A DNA stretch of 64,000 nt from positions 96,001 to 160,000 of the forward strand of contig JBBRLQ010000008.1 in assembly GCA_038231275.1 (NCBI GenBank), written 5' to 3'. A program made the position numbers and the translations under genes. Every line of letters starts with the position of its first letter. The stretch's first letter is position 1. Under the pieces are notes generated by a model. The model ran no database searches. It was not told the origin of the DNA and worked only from the letters and a program-made list of their open reading frames with translations. The DNA is from Polyangiales bacterium. GTDB taxonomy: Bacteria > Myxococcota_A > Polyangia > Polyangiales > Polyangiaceae. Of the stretch, positions 42,425-52,056 are shown piece after piece.

Positions 42425-43436
42425 ATGAAGCATCACGTCCCGACGACTCGCCCTCGTGACCGGCGCGACCGGTTTCATCGGCTCCCACCTCGTGCGAAAG
42501 CTGCTCGGGGAGGGCTGGCCGGTGCGCATGCTCGTGCGCAGCCCCGACGGCGAAGGGGCGAAAGAGCTGGTGGCGGCGGGGGCCGAGGCGTTCCGTGGGG
42601 ACTTGGGTGACCCGTCGTCGCTCGGGAAGGTCGGCGCGGGGGTCACGCACGTGTTCCATGCGGCGGCTCAGCTGAACATGAACCTCCAATCGGCGACCCT
42701 CGCCGACTTCGCCACGAACGCGAGCGGCACCGAGGCGCTCGTCGACGCGCTGGCGGGGGCGCCGCTCGAGAAGTTCGTCCACGTCTCGAGCCTGGCCGCG
42801 ATCGGCATTCGGCCGGTCGGGATGATCGACGAGACGTTCCCGTGCGATCCGGATCTCGCGTACGGCAAGAGCAAGCTCCTCGCCGACGAGCACCTCTTGC
42901 GGCTCTACCGCGAGCGCGGCTTGCCCGTCGTCATCCTGCGCCCGCCGACTGTGTACGGTCCAGGCGAGCGATACAATTTCTTGTCGATGTGCGCGGCGAT
43001 CGCGCAGAAGAAATTCGTCTTCATCGGCGACGGCTCCAACCGCGTCGATTTCTTGTGGATCGGAAGCCTGACCGCGGCGCTCGTGGGGGCCGCGGAGCGG
43101 GGACGCGCGGGAGAGGTGTACCTCGTCGCCGATGATCCGGCGCGATCGTTCCGGGACACCGTGGACGCGGTGTGGCGCATCGTGCACGGGACGCCTGCGC
43201 CACGGTGGCATCTCCCGGTGTCGCTCGCGTACGCGCTCGCGTACCCGATGGGCGCGCTCGGCGCGAGGCTCGGACGCGCGGTGCCCCTCTACCCCACGCG
43301 CGTGCGCACGATGGCCGGGGACATGTGCTTCGACCTCGGGAAGATCAAGCGCGAGATCGGCTACGCGCCCGACGGCGCCTTCGAAGGCAACCTGCGGACG
43401 ACGATCGACGTGTATCGCCAGCGCGCCCTACTGTGA
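42425..43436 (+). CDS. NAD-dependent epimerase/dehydratase (extended SDR) with an apparent frameshift at the start
   Basis: LALVTGATGFIG, FHAAA, HVSS, YGKSK, RPPTVYGPG. ATG 42425 is one base out of frame with the body; in-frame GTG 42456 would truncate strand beta-1. Confidence 0.85.
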
Positions 43437-44600
43437 CGGCGCAGCCTTTTTTCCACGCGAGCGGCCGAGGAAGAGGAGCGCTCCGGTGACGCTCGCCGAG
43501 TACCAATAGAGCCGGTAGAGGAGGCTCACGCTGAGGGCCGCGGGCGCCGAGACGCCTGCGCGCGCGAGGAAGACCACGAACGCGGCGTCGCTGGTCCCCC
43601 ACCCTCCCGGGAGCGCCGGAATCGCCCCCGCGATGAACGCGATGGCAGCGCCGGCGTAGACCCAACGCTCCACCGTCGGCGTCACGTCGAGCGCGCTCAC
43701 CAGCCCGCGGATCACGCCGAGCTGCACCGCGGAGACGACGAGGCTCCATGCGAGCGCCCGCAGGAGCGCGGCGGGGGCGCGGGGATCGTTCAGGTACTCG
43801 AGCACCGGCTTCGCGGTGCGCGCGAGGAGGCGGTGCTCCAGAATTTTTGCGCCGCGCATGGGCTTCGAGCGCAGCACCGCGAGGCCGAGCGCGACGGCGA
43901 CCGGGATCGCCCCGAGGATCAGCACCGCAGGGCCGACCGCCGAAGGCTCGAAGACGGCTGCGAGCGCGGCCGCCATCCCCGCCATCGTCGAGAGGCCGAT
44001 CGCGCGATCGAGCAGAACGCTCGCCGCCACCGTCGCCGTCGGCACCCCGAGGCCTGTGAGCGACGCGATGCGCACCGCGTCCCCGGCGACTCCGCCCGGC
44101 AAGAGTACGCCTGCCGCCTGCGCCTCCAACGTCACCCGCCACGCATGGCGCACGGTGACCGGCGCGTTCGCGAGGCGAAGCAGCGCATGCCATCGCGCCG
44201 CCCACGCCAGCGTGCCCAGGCCGTAGACCGCCGCGAGGAGCGCGAGCAGGCCAAGCCGCGCGCCCGCCAGCGTCGACGCGAGGCCCGGCTCGCAGTCGAG
44301 CCGCGCGCACGCCTCGGGCGAGAGGCGAACGGGCCCGCGCGGTGCTTGCAGAGTGCACCCATTGGCGTCGCGCGAGACGGGAAATCGCGGCCCTTTCGAC
44401 GCGGCGGCCGGCGCAGTCCCCTCCGGCGCCAGGCCCGTGTCGAAGCACCGATCGCGAATGGGCACGACGTAGGCGACGAAACCGAGCGCCAGGATCGCGA
44501 GGCCGAACGTGACGAGCCGGCGGCGCAGGCCCGCGGTCGCCGGCGTGGCAGCAGCCGCAGCGGCGGTTTTTGGGTCCTTGCCTTCTTCGTTCGTTCGCAT
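43428..44600 (-). CDS. Lysylphosphatidylglycerol-synthase TM-region (UPF0104/YbhN) flippase-like membrane protein
   Basis: ARWHALL, LLPGGVAGDAVR, SVLLDR, PGGWGTSD, LLYRL motifs; extra Cys-containing periplasmic loop. Confidence 0.85.
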   Translation of the reverse strand: MRTNEEGKDPKTAAAAAATPATAGLRRRLVTFGLAILALGFVAYVVPIRDRCFDTGLAPEGTAPAAASKGPRFPVSRDANGCTLQAPRGPVRLSPEACARLDCEPGLASTLAGARLGLLALLAAVYGLGTLAWAARWHALLRLANAPVTVRHAWRVTLEAQAAGVLLPGGVAGDAVRIASLTGLGVPTATVAASVLLDRAIGLSTMAGMAAALAAVFEPSAVGPAVLILGAIPVAVALGLAVLRSKPMRGAKILEHRLLARTAKPVLEYLNDPRAPAALLRALAWSLVVSAVQLGVIRGLVSALDVTPTVERWVYAGAAIAFIAGAIPALPGGWGTSDAAFVVFLARAGVSAPAALSVSLLYRLYWYSASVTGALLFLGRSRGKKAAPSQ

Positions 44601-44700
44601 GTCCGGCCACCAAACGCGCGCCAGAGAGCACCTTAGCCGCCCGGCTCCGAAGTGAGCCATCTCTTCGCACTTTCGCCGTCCCTTGCGGTATCTTGCCCGC

Positions 44701-45291
44701 GTGATCCGCGCGCCACGCGCCAGCAGACGCCGACGGTGGGGGCAGCGCCGCGCGCGCGGAGTGGCCCTCACCGAGGCCATGAATTTCCTGGCGCTCGCCG
44801 CGATCTTGAGCGCCGGTGGCATGTACGGGCTCGCGCGGTACGTGCGGCACGCCAAGACGGCCGAGGCGATCGGCTCGGTGACGGCGATCGCTGAAGCCGC
44901 CGCGCGCTACTACGACCAGTCGGACAGCAACCAGCCGGCGGGGACCACGCCCGAGGCCGCGCACGCGATGCGCCACTTTCCGCCGGGCTCCAAGGCCGCC
45001 GTCCCCGGGGACGCCGACGCGATCAAGGGCAAGAGGTACCAGTCGACGCTGGCCGACTGGACCGGATCGCCGTGGGCGGAGCTCCGCTTCTCGATCCCGC
45101 AGCCGCAGTACTACTCGTATGCGTTCGAGTCGCAGGGGTCGGGCGCACAGGCCACCGCCGCCGCCGTCGCCCACGCCGACCTCGACGGCAACGGGAAGAT
45201 CTCCACCTACCGCTTGAGCATCGCGCCCGATCCGGTCACATTCAAGGCGAAGGTCGCGGTCGAAATCGAGAAGATCGACGCAGAGGAGTGA
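44701..45291 (+). CDS. Type IV pilin-like protein 3 (non-canonical N-terminus)
   Basis: RRARG|VALTE; YGLARYVRHAKTAEA resembles PilA YGVRKYIANSKTTEA; W.ELRFSIPQPQYYSY; ADLDGNG. Confidence 0.8.
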   Translation: MIRAPRASRRRRWGQRRARGVALTEAMNFLALAAILSAGGMYGLARYVRHAKTAEAIGSVTAIAEAAARYYDQSDSNQPAGTTPEAAHAMRHFPPGSKAAVPGDADAIKGKRYQSTLADWTGSPWAELRFSIPQPQYYSYAFESQGSGAQATAAAVAHADLDGNGKISTYRLSIAPDPVTFKAKVAVEIEKIDAEE

Positions 45292-45296
45292 CGGAG

Positions 45297-45827
45297 ATGG
45301 GCTCGGGCGTCGCGCGCAGGCAACGAGGGTCGCGCGGCCTCACCGCGGTGGAGGCGGCGATCGTCTTCGCGATCGGCGGATCCCTCCTCGCCGTGGCGGT
45401 CCCGGCGTTCGTCCGCGAGTTGCACGCGTCGCGCTTCGCCGAGCCCGTGGAAGGACTCCAGCGAATGGGGCAAGAGGCGCTCACTTACGCGGCGTCCAAG
45501 CCCGCCCGCGATGCGTTCCCGAAGAGCGCGCCGCTCACTCCATCCTCCCCTCCGCGCGGCACGCGCGAGCTCGATCCCTCTGGGGCGTGGGACCACCCGA
45601 CCTGGGTCGCCCTCGGTTTCCGCGCAGCACCGGAGGGAGTCCCGCACGCCTTCGCGTTCGCGTTCGATTCGACGCCGGGTCCGGCGCGCTCGACCTTCAT
45701 CGCGCACGCGCACGGCGACCTCGACGGGGACGGCGTGCGCAGCACCTTCGAGCTGCGGGGCCACGCGCAGGACGGCGAGCCGGCAGCGCTCGAGCCCGGG
45801 CTTTACGTGGAGAACGAGGTCGAATGA
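45297..45827 (+). CDS. Type IV pilin-like protein 4
   Basis: RGSRG|LTAVE, AVAVPAF, W.ALGF, AHGDLDGDG..STF. Alternative start GTG 45288. Confidence 0.8.
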   Translation: MGSGVARRQRGSRGLTAVEAAIVFAIGGSLLAVAVPAFVRELHASRFAEPVEGLQRMGQEALTYAASKPARDAFPKSAPLTPSSPPRGTRELDPSGAWDHPTWVALGFRAAPEGVPHAFAFAFDSTPGPARSTFIAHAHGDLDGDGVRSTFELRGHAQDGEPAALEPGLYVENEVE

Positions 45828-46708
45828 AGTCGAGCGGCGTCCTCGTCGGCCTCCTCCTCGCCGTGAGCGTCCTCGGCGTCGCGCGCGTGCAGCCGCGCCT
45901 CGCCGCGCGCGTCCACGAGGTAAAGGTCGACCACGATGTCTACCTCTTGCCGCCGCCCTCGGAGCTCCGCGCGATGTCACTCGGCTACCGCGCCGCCGCC
46001 GCGGACGCCGCGTGGGCGAAGCTCATCGTCGAGTACGGAACGCACTGGAGCGAGCATCGACCGTTCGACGACGCCGCCAAGTACATGGAGGCGATCCTCG
46101 CGCTCGATCCCACCTACCCGCTCGTCTACAAATACGCCGAGACGCTGATCGTCTATCACCCGCCGGTCGGCACGCTCCAAGACTGGTACGTCGCGCGCGG
46201 CTTCCTGGAGCGCGGCACCCGCGAGCGACCTTACGACAGCGAGGTGTGGCTTCATTACGGGCAGTTCCTGGCGTTCGCCGCCGGCTCCTTCGTGAAAGAC
46301 CAGGCCGAGCTCGATCGGTACCGGGAGGAGGGCGCGCGCGCGATCGTGCACGCAGTGGAGCTCGGTGCCGACGCGGACAGGACGATCTCGGCGGCGACGC
46401 TCCTCAGCCGCTATGGGCAGCGCGACGCCGCGATCCGCGACCTGCGCCGCGCGTATGCCCTCACCGACGACGACCGCGACCGCGGTCTGATCGCGCAAAA
46501 GCTCGCCGTCCTTGGCGCGACGGCCGACAAGGACGAGATCGAGAGCAACATGCGCGTCATCGAATCCCGTTGGCGGGACGAGTTCGCCTTCCTCTCGCGC
46601 GACGCGTACATGCTCATCGGTCCCATCCGCGACCCGAACAAATGCGTTGGGCGCGCTTCCGTAGGCTGCCCTCGCGACTGGAACGACGTCATCCAGCGCG
46701 CGCCCTGA
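45824..46708 (+). CDS. TPR-like protein resembling myxobacterial PilG
   Basis: ATGA overlap, N-terminal TM, LGYR..AAD..W...YG, LDP.Y..Y.Y, LERG motifs, pilin context. Confidence 0.65.
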   Translation: MKSSGVLVGLLLAVSVLGVARVQPRLAARVHEVKVDHDVYLLPPPSELRAMSLGYRAAAADAAWAKLIVEYGTHWSEHRPFDDAAKYMEAILALDPTYPLVYKYAETLIVYHPPVGTLQDWYVARGFLERGTRERPYDSEVWLHYGQFLAFAAGSFVKDQAELDRYREEGARAIVHAVELGADADRTISAATLLSRYGQRDAAIRDLRRAYALTDDDRDRGLIAQKLAVLGATADKDEIESNMRVIESRWRDEFAFLSRDAYMLIGPIRDPNKCVGRASVGCPRDWNDVIQRAP

Positions 46709-46719
46709 TCCGACGGGCG

Positions 46720-47724
46720 CTATTTCTCGACCACGATCGTGCGCAGGCCGAGCATCGCGAAGTCGGACGATCCCGGCAGCTTCCCCCACACGCTGACCTC
46801 GTAGAGCCCCGGCTCCCCCTTGTCGGTCAGCGGCACGTCGATCGAGAATTTGGCGCCGCGGACTGTGACCGGGATCGGCGTCTTGAAGCCCGCAGGCCAG
46901 TACATCTGGTACGGCCCCGGAACCGGGTACGAGCGACGCTTGTTCAGCTCGCCCACCCCGATCGGGCGCGGGAGGACGACGCGCGCGAGGCCGACGCCGC
47001 CGACCGTCGCGGGCGCGGAGATCGTCCCCTCGACGTGCAGCGTGTCGCCGACCTTCGCCTTGCGCGGCACCGGCGCGTAGGTGCCGTACGGATCGGTGAA
47101 CTCCTGCGAAAAGCAGGGCACCGGAAGCTCCGTCGCCGTCGCGATCGGCTGCGCGACGCCGATGCCCACCTTCTTGTGGCCGGGCTTCATGATGTTCTTG
47201 CGGTGACCGTCGTTCGGCGGCACCTCGTTCCAGAACATCGACTCCGCGCGCTCGACCTCGCCGGCGTCGATGAGCGGCTTCGCGTCGAGCGTGCGGGGAT
47301 GCTCGTCGATGAAGCAGAGCGCGTTCTCCAGCACCATGTCGACGCCGCCCGCCTCGGTGAGGCGCTGCTCTGGCACAGACCCGTCGGTGCCCCAGTGTCC
47401 GAGGTAGCCGTGGCTCGCCATGTCCTCGGCGTGCGCCTGCCCGGCCATGGTCGGCGGTCCCATGTCCAGCTCCACCGGAGGGAGACCGACGCTCGCGCGA
47501 TCGCGGTTGACGAGCTCCACCATGTAGCGTCGCGCCTCGTCGGGGGTGAGCTTGCGCTTCGTCCCGCGACCGTCGGATGCGGATGCGCCGGTGGGCGTCG
47601 GCGGCGCGACCGTGGGGGCGTCGCTCCCGGCGACCGGTCGGGCCGGCGCATCGACGGGCCGATCGGCCGGCTTGCCCGCGCTGCAGCCGATGAGGAGGAG
47701 CCCGAACCAGAAGACGCTTCGCAT
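46720..47724 (-). CDS. CAP (SCP-like) domain lipoprotein
   Basis: LLIGC lipobox, LVNRDRA..GL, AHAEDM...YLGH, EN, GHRKNIM...VGIGVA. Confidence 0.88.
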   Translation of the reverse strand: MRSVFWFGLLLIGCSAGKPADRPVDAPARPVAGSDAPTVAPPTPTGASASDGRGTKRKLTPDEARRYMVELVNRDRASVGLPPVELDMGPPTMAGQAHAEDMASHGYLGHWGTDGSVPEQRLTEAGGVDMVLENALCFIDEHPRTLDAKPLIDAGEVERAESMFWNEVPPNDGHRKNIMKPGHKKVGIGVAQPIATATELPVPCFSQEFTDPYGTYAPVPRKAKVGDTLHVEGTISAPATVGGVGLARVVLPRPIGVGELNKRRSYPVPGPYQMYWPAGFKTPIPVTVRGAKFSIDVPLTDKGEPGLYEVSVWGKLPGSSDFAMLGLRTIVVEK

Positions 47725-47761
47725 CCGGGAAAGACGTAGCACGACATGGTAAAGAAGGCCG

Positions 47762-48865
47762 ATGGACGAGCTATCGGCCGATGTCGGCGCGCTCCCCTTG
47801 GAGGTGTTGTGCGGGCAGTTGCTCGTCGGCGGCTTCGCAGGCAGGACGCTGTCACCGACCTTTCGCGCCGCCCTCGCGGCGGGCCGACGAGGCGGGGCGA
47901 TCCTGTTCCGGCGCAACCTCTCTCCCGATCTCCAAGCCGTCCTCGACTTGAATGCGAGCATCCTTCGGGCATCGCCGCGGGAGCTCCCGCCACTGATCGC
48001 CGTCGATCAGGAAGGCGGCCGCGTCGCGCGCTTCGGTGCGCCGCTCCTCGTCCTCCCGCCGATGGCGGTGATCGGAGCCCTGGGCGACGCGGACCTGGCG
48101 GAGCGGCTGGCGGAGCGTCAAGGGGCGGAGCTGGCCGCGCTGGGGTTCACGATGAACTTCGCGCCGATCCTCGACGTCCATACCCGTCCCGAGAACCCGA
48201 TCATCGGAGACCGCGCGTTCTCACGGGATCCGGCGCGCGTGGCCGAGCTCGGCCTCGCGTGGGCGCGCGGCCTCGAGCGCGGGGGAGTGCTGGCGTGCGG
48301 CAAGCATTTCCCCGGGCACGGCGACACGACCGCCGACTCCCACCTGGAGCTTCCGCGCGTCGAGCACGCGCGGGCACGCCTCGACGCGATCGAGATCCCG
48401 CCGTTCGCGGCGGCCGCGCGCGCGAAGATCGCCGCGCTCATGACCGCGCACGTCGTCTACCCCGCGCTCGACCCCGCCTCGCCGGCGACGCTCTCTCCGG
48501 CCATCGCGACCGACCTGCGATCGGCGATCGCCTTCGATGGGATCCTCGTGTCCGACGATCTGGAGATGAAGGCGATCAACGTCCCGGTGGAGGAGGCGGC
48601 GGTCCGCGCGATCGCGGCCGGCTGCGACATGCTCCTCGTCTGCGAGTCCGAGCCCTTGCAGGATCGCGCCCATTCCGCCCTCCTCGCGCGCGCGACCGAG
48701 AGCCGTGTGTTCCGTAGGAGGTGCAGAGAGGCGGCGACACGGTGCCTCGCCGCCCGGACCCGCGTGCCGCCTCGGCCGGTGGCCAGCGCGGCCGCGCTTC
48801 AGGACATCTTTCGCGGCTCGGAATCCGTCGCGCGCGAGCTCGCCGATCGCGGGGCGTTTCGATGA
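47762..48865 (+). CDS. nagZ: Beta-N-acetylhexosaminidase (GH3)
   Basis: ILFRRN, VDQEGGRV, NFAPILD, KHFPGHG...DSH, MTAHV, SDDLEMKA. Confidence 0.93.
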   Translation: MDELSADVGALPLEVLCGQLLVGGFAGRTLSPTFRAALAAGRRGGAILFRRNLSPDLQAVLDLNASILRASPRELPPLIAVDQEGGRVARFGAPLLVLPPMAVIGALGDADLAERLAERQGAELAALGFTMNFAPILDVHTRPENPIIGDRAFSRDPARVAELGLAWARGLERGGVLACGKHFPGHGDTTADSHLELPRVEHARARLDAIEIPPFAAAARAKIAALMTAHVVYPALDPASPATLSPAIATDLRSAIAFDGILVSDDLEMKAINVPVEEAAVRAIAAGCDMLLVCESEPLQDRAHSALLARATESRVFRRRCREAATRCLAARTRVPPRPVASAAALQDIFRGSESVARELADRGAFR

Positions 48866-50061
48866 CCACCGCGCGCGGCCTCCTCGCCAAGCGCGTCGTG
48901 ACGTGCGGCGCCGCGGGGTCGTTCGACTACGGCGTCGTCGTGCTCGACCAGGGCAAGGTCGCGTGGGTCGGGCCGCGCGACGGCGCCCCCGCGGGCGTGC
49001 CGTTCGAGGACATGGGAGAGCGCGTCATCACGCCCGGCCTCGTCGACGCGCACACGCACGCCGCGTGGGCGGGCTCGCGCCACGCCGAGTACGCGGTGCG
49101 CATGGCCGGCGGCGATTACCGCGCGATCGCCGCGGCCGGCGGCGGCATCGCGTCCAGCATGCGCGCGCTCGCGGCGACGACGGAGGACGAGCTCGTCGAG
49201 ACGCTCGTAGCGCGCTTGGGACGAATGGCCCTCCTCGGCGTCACGTGCGTGGAGGTGAAGAGCGGCTACGGCCTGGAGCCCGAGCTCGAGCTCATGCAGC
49301 TACGCGCGATCGCCCGGGCGGCGGCGCGCGACGATCTTCCGCGCGTGGTGCCCACGTTCCTGGCGCTCCACGCCCTGCCCGAGCGGGCGCGCGCGAGCGC
49401 CGCGACGCGTGCACAGTACATCGATCACGTGGCGGCGGTGCTGGTGCCTCAAGTCGCCACGGAAGGCCTCGCGCGGTTCGTCGACGCATACGTGGACGCC
49501 AACGCGTTCACGGTCGAGGAGGCGCGCCTCGTCGTCCGCGCGGCGAAGAGCGCCGGGCTGGGCGTGCGCCTGCACGTCGGGCAGTTCGCGGACGTCGGCG
49601 GCGCCGAGCTGTGCGCCGAGGCGGGGGCACGGTCGGCCGACCACCTCGAGCACGTCGGCGACGGCGGAATCGCCGCGCTCGCGAAGAGCGGCACGTCCGC
49701 CGTCCTCCTCCCGACCGCGAGCTTCACGCTGGGCCAGACCCCTCCCCCGGTGCTCCGTCTTCGCGACGCCGGCGTGCCCCTCGTCGTCGCGAGCGACGCG
49801 AACCCTGGCACCGCTCCGACGGAGAGCTTGCCCCTCGCGATGGCGTTCGCGGTGCGCCTCTACGGCCTCACGCCCGACGAGACCCTCTTCGCCGCGACGC
49901 GCGCGGCCGCACGGTCGCTCGACGAGCCCGGTGGGGTCCTCGAGCCGGGCGGCGCCGCCGACCTCGTCGTATGGGATCTGCCCCACGAGCACGCGATCGT
50001 GCAGCCATGGGGAGCGCCAAAGACGCACTTCGTGATGAGAGGCGGACGCACGATCGCGTAG
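48862..50061 (+). CDS. hutI: Imidazolonepropionase
   Basis: PGLVDAHTH, GGGI, EVKSGYGL, ALHA, SADHLEH, SDANPG. ATGA overlap with nagZ. Confidence 0.9.
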   Translation: MTTARGLLAKRVVTCGAAGSFDYGVVVLDQGKVAWVGPRDGAPAGVPFEDMGERVITPGLVDAHTHAAWAGSRHAEYAVRMAGGDYRAIAAAGGGIASSMRALAATTEDELVETLVARLGRMALLGVTCVEVKSGYGLEPELELMQLRAIARAAARDDLPRVVPTFLALHALPERARASAATRAQYIDHVAAVLVPQVATEGLARFVDAYVDANAFTVEEARLVVRAAKSAGLGVRLHVGQFADVGGAELCAEAGARSADHLEHVGDGGIAALAKSGTSAVLLPTASFTLGQTPPPVLRLRDAGVPLVVASDANPGTAPTESLPLAMAFAVRLYGLTPDETLFAATRAAARSLDEPGGVLEPGGAADLVVWDLPHEHAIVQPWGAPKTHFVMRGGRTIA

Positions 50062-50071
50062 CGGACGCCGC

Positions 50072-51004
50072 TCAGGCGCTTTCGGCGTGCTTTCCGAGGC
50101 CCGCGGGCGGCCTCCCGGCGCCGCGCGTCAGTCCGATCACCACGAGGGACAAGAGCGTCGCGACGTACGGGAACATCTCGATGACCTCGCGAGGCACACG
50201 CGACTGGTCCTGGAGCACGATTTGGAGCGCATCCAGCGCCGCGAACGCCACGCACGCGAGCACCGCGCGCGCGGGGCGCCATCCCGAGAGGATGACCGCC
50301 GCGAGCGCGATGAAGCCGCGTCCGCCGCTCATCCCCGACTGGAACTGGTGCTGATCGAACGCGAGCGCGGCGCCGCCGAGGCCGCACACCATACCGCCGA
50401 TCGTGACGGCGAGGATGCGCACCGGCGCGACGGGGACGCCGGCGATCGCGGCGGCTTGCGGGTCCTCGCCGCAGGCCCGCGCACGAAGGCCAAAGCGCGT
50501 CCGGTAGAGGACGAAGAAGCTGGCAGCGGCCGCCACGACGGTGAGGATCGTGAGCGGATCGGTGAGCGTGCGGAGGAGCAGCGCCATCGCGGGCGACGCG
50601 TGGGCGCCGACGTGGACGGCGAAGCCCGCGACGGAGGGCGAGTTGGAGCTGGAGTCGTAGAGCGAGCGCAGCACGAAGCGCGTGCCGCCGGCGGCGACCA
50701 GGTTGAGCGCGATGCCGCTGACGATCGCGTCGACGCGCTCGCGGGCGACCAGCACCGCGTGGACGAGCGCGAACAGCGCACCGGCGACGATGGCCGCGAA
50801 CGCGCCGACGGCCGCGCTGCCCGAGGCAACGTGCGCGGCGACCGCGGCGAGGCCGCTCACGAGGAGCGTGCCCTCGAGCGCGATGTTGACGACGCCGCTC
50901 CTCTCACTCCACACGCCGCCCAGGGCCGCGCACGCGTAGGGCACTGCCATCCGCACCGTCTGCGCGAGCATCGTGACCGAGAAGATGGTCTGAGTGAGCG
51001 TCAC
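50072..51004 (-). CDS. ABC transporter permease (nucleoside/sugar, CUT2 type)
   Basis: SERSGVVNIALEG, TRFGLR.RACGE.P.AA, GRGFIALAA, PYV.T. Confidence 0.92.
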   Translation of the reverse strand: MTLTQTIFSVTMLAQTVRMAVPYACAALGGVWSERSGVVNIALEGTLLVSGLAAVAAHVASGSAAVGAFAAIVAGALFALVHAVLVARERVDAIVSGIALNLVAAGGTRFVLRSLYDSSSNSPSVAGFAVHVGAHASPAMALLLRTLTDPLTILTVVAAAASFFVLYRTRFGLRARACGEDPQAAAIAGVPVAPVRILAVTIGGMVCGLGGAALAFDQHQFQSGMSGGRGFIALAAVILSGWRPARAVLACVAFAALDALQIVLQDQSRVPREVIEMFPYVATLLSLVVIGLTRGAGRPPAGLGKHAESA

Positions 51005-52056
51005 GCGAAGGCCCCCCGCGACGAGCGGACCACCGCGGCGCGCACGCGCGCATCGGCGAGCGCGACGGCTGTGATCACCACGCCCTGAATGACGTCCATG
51101 AGCTCCATCGGCACGTACGCGTTGATGGCGAGGCCGCCCTGCTGCATCGTGCCGAAGAGGAGCGCGGCGAGCACCAGACCGACGCCGCTGCCGCGGCCGA
51201 GGAGCGCCACCGCCAGCCCGCCGAACCCCGCGCCTGCGCCCAGCCCTTGCTCGAAGTAGCCCTTGTAGCCGAGGACCGTCGCCGACGAGACGAGCCCGCA
51301 GAGGGCACCCGACAGGATCATCGCTTGCGCGATGCGACTGCGCACGGGGATGCGCTCGGCCGCGCACGCGACGGGGTTCATGCCGACGAGCGAGACCTCG
51401 CGCCCCCAACGCGTGCCGCGGTACGACCAGCCGACGACGAGCGCGAGGACGACCGCGGCCAAGAGCGAGAGGCTCACCGCGCTGCCACGGAGCGCCGGCA
51501 AGAAGCGCTCGAGACGCGGCACGCGCGCACCGCTCGCGAGATCCAGCGTCCGCACCGTCCCCTTAAGCGCGAAGCCGAGGCCGAGGACGAGGCCGATCGC
51601 AGCGTCGGCGATGCGGTTCATCATGATCGTCGAGATGACCTCGTGCGCACGAAAGCGCGCGCGCAGCACCGCCGGAATAAAGGCCCACGCGCCTCCCGCC
51701 GCCGCGGCCGCGATGAGCACGATGACGACGGCCAGCGGCCCCGGCACCCAAGGAGGTAGAAGCGCGCCCACGATGCCCGCTGCGAGACCCCCAACCGCCA
51801 GCTGCCCTTCGGCGCCGATGTTGAAGAGCCCCGCGCGCAGCGCCAGATCGACCGCGACGCCGGTGAAAAGGAGCGGCGTCGCCTTGAAGAGCACCTGCCC
51901 CGCGCCGTACGGCGTTCCCCACGTGCCCTCGAAGAGCAGCACGAAGAGGCGACGCGGCGACTCCCCGTAGAAAAAGACGAGCAGATCGAACGCCACCCAC
52001 GCCGCGGCGAGGCCGGCGACCGTCGCCAGGATCGACGCCCTTCGATCCCCGTTCAC
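51001..52056 (-). CDS. ABC transporter permease (nucleoside/sugar, CUT2 type)
   Basis: ATPLLFTG, GLFNIGAEGQ, EVISTIMMN, GFGGLAVALLG. Confidence 0.92.
   Translation of the reverse strand: MNGDRRASILATVAGLAAAWVAFDLLVFFYGESPRRLFVLLFEGTWGTPYGAGQVLFKATPLLFTGVAVDLALRAGLFNIGAEGQLAVGGLAAGIVGALLPPWVPGPLAVVIVLIAAAAAGGAWAFIPAVLRARFRAHEVISTIMMNRIADAAIGLVLGLGFALKGTVRTLDLASGARVPRLERFLPALRGSAVSLSLLAAVVLALVVGWSYRGTRWGREVSLVGMNPVACAAERIPVRSRIAQAMILSGALCGLVSSATVLGYKGYFEQGLGAGAGFGGLAVALLGRGSGVGLVLAALLFGTMQQGGLAINAYVPMELMDVIQGVVITAVALADARVRAAVVRSSRGAFA

Noticed and set aside
42425-42610. 61-aa ORF MKHHVPTT as an independent peptide
   Set aside because: Overlaps the epimerase out of frame; better explained as its displaced start.
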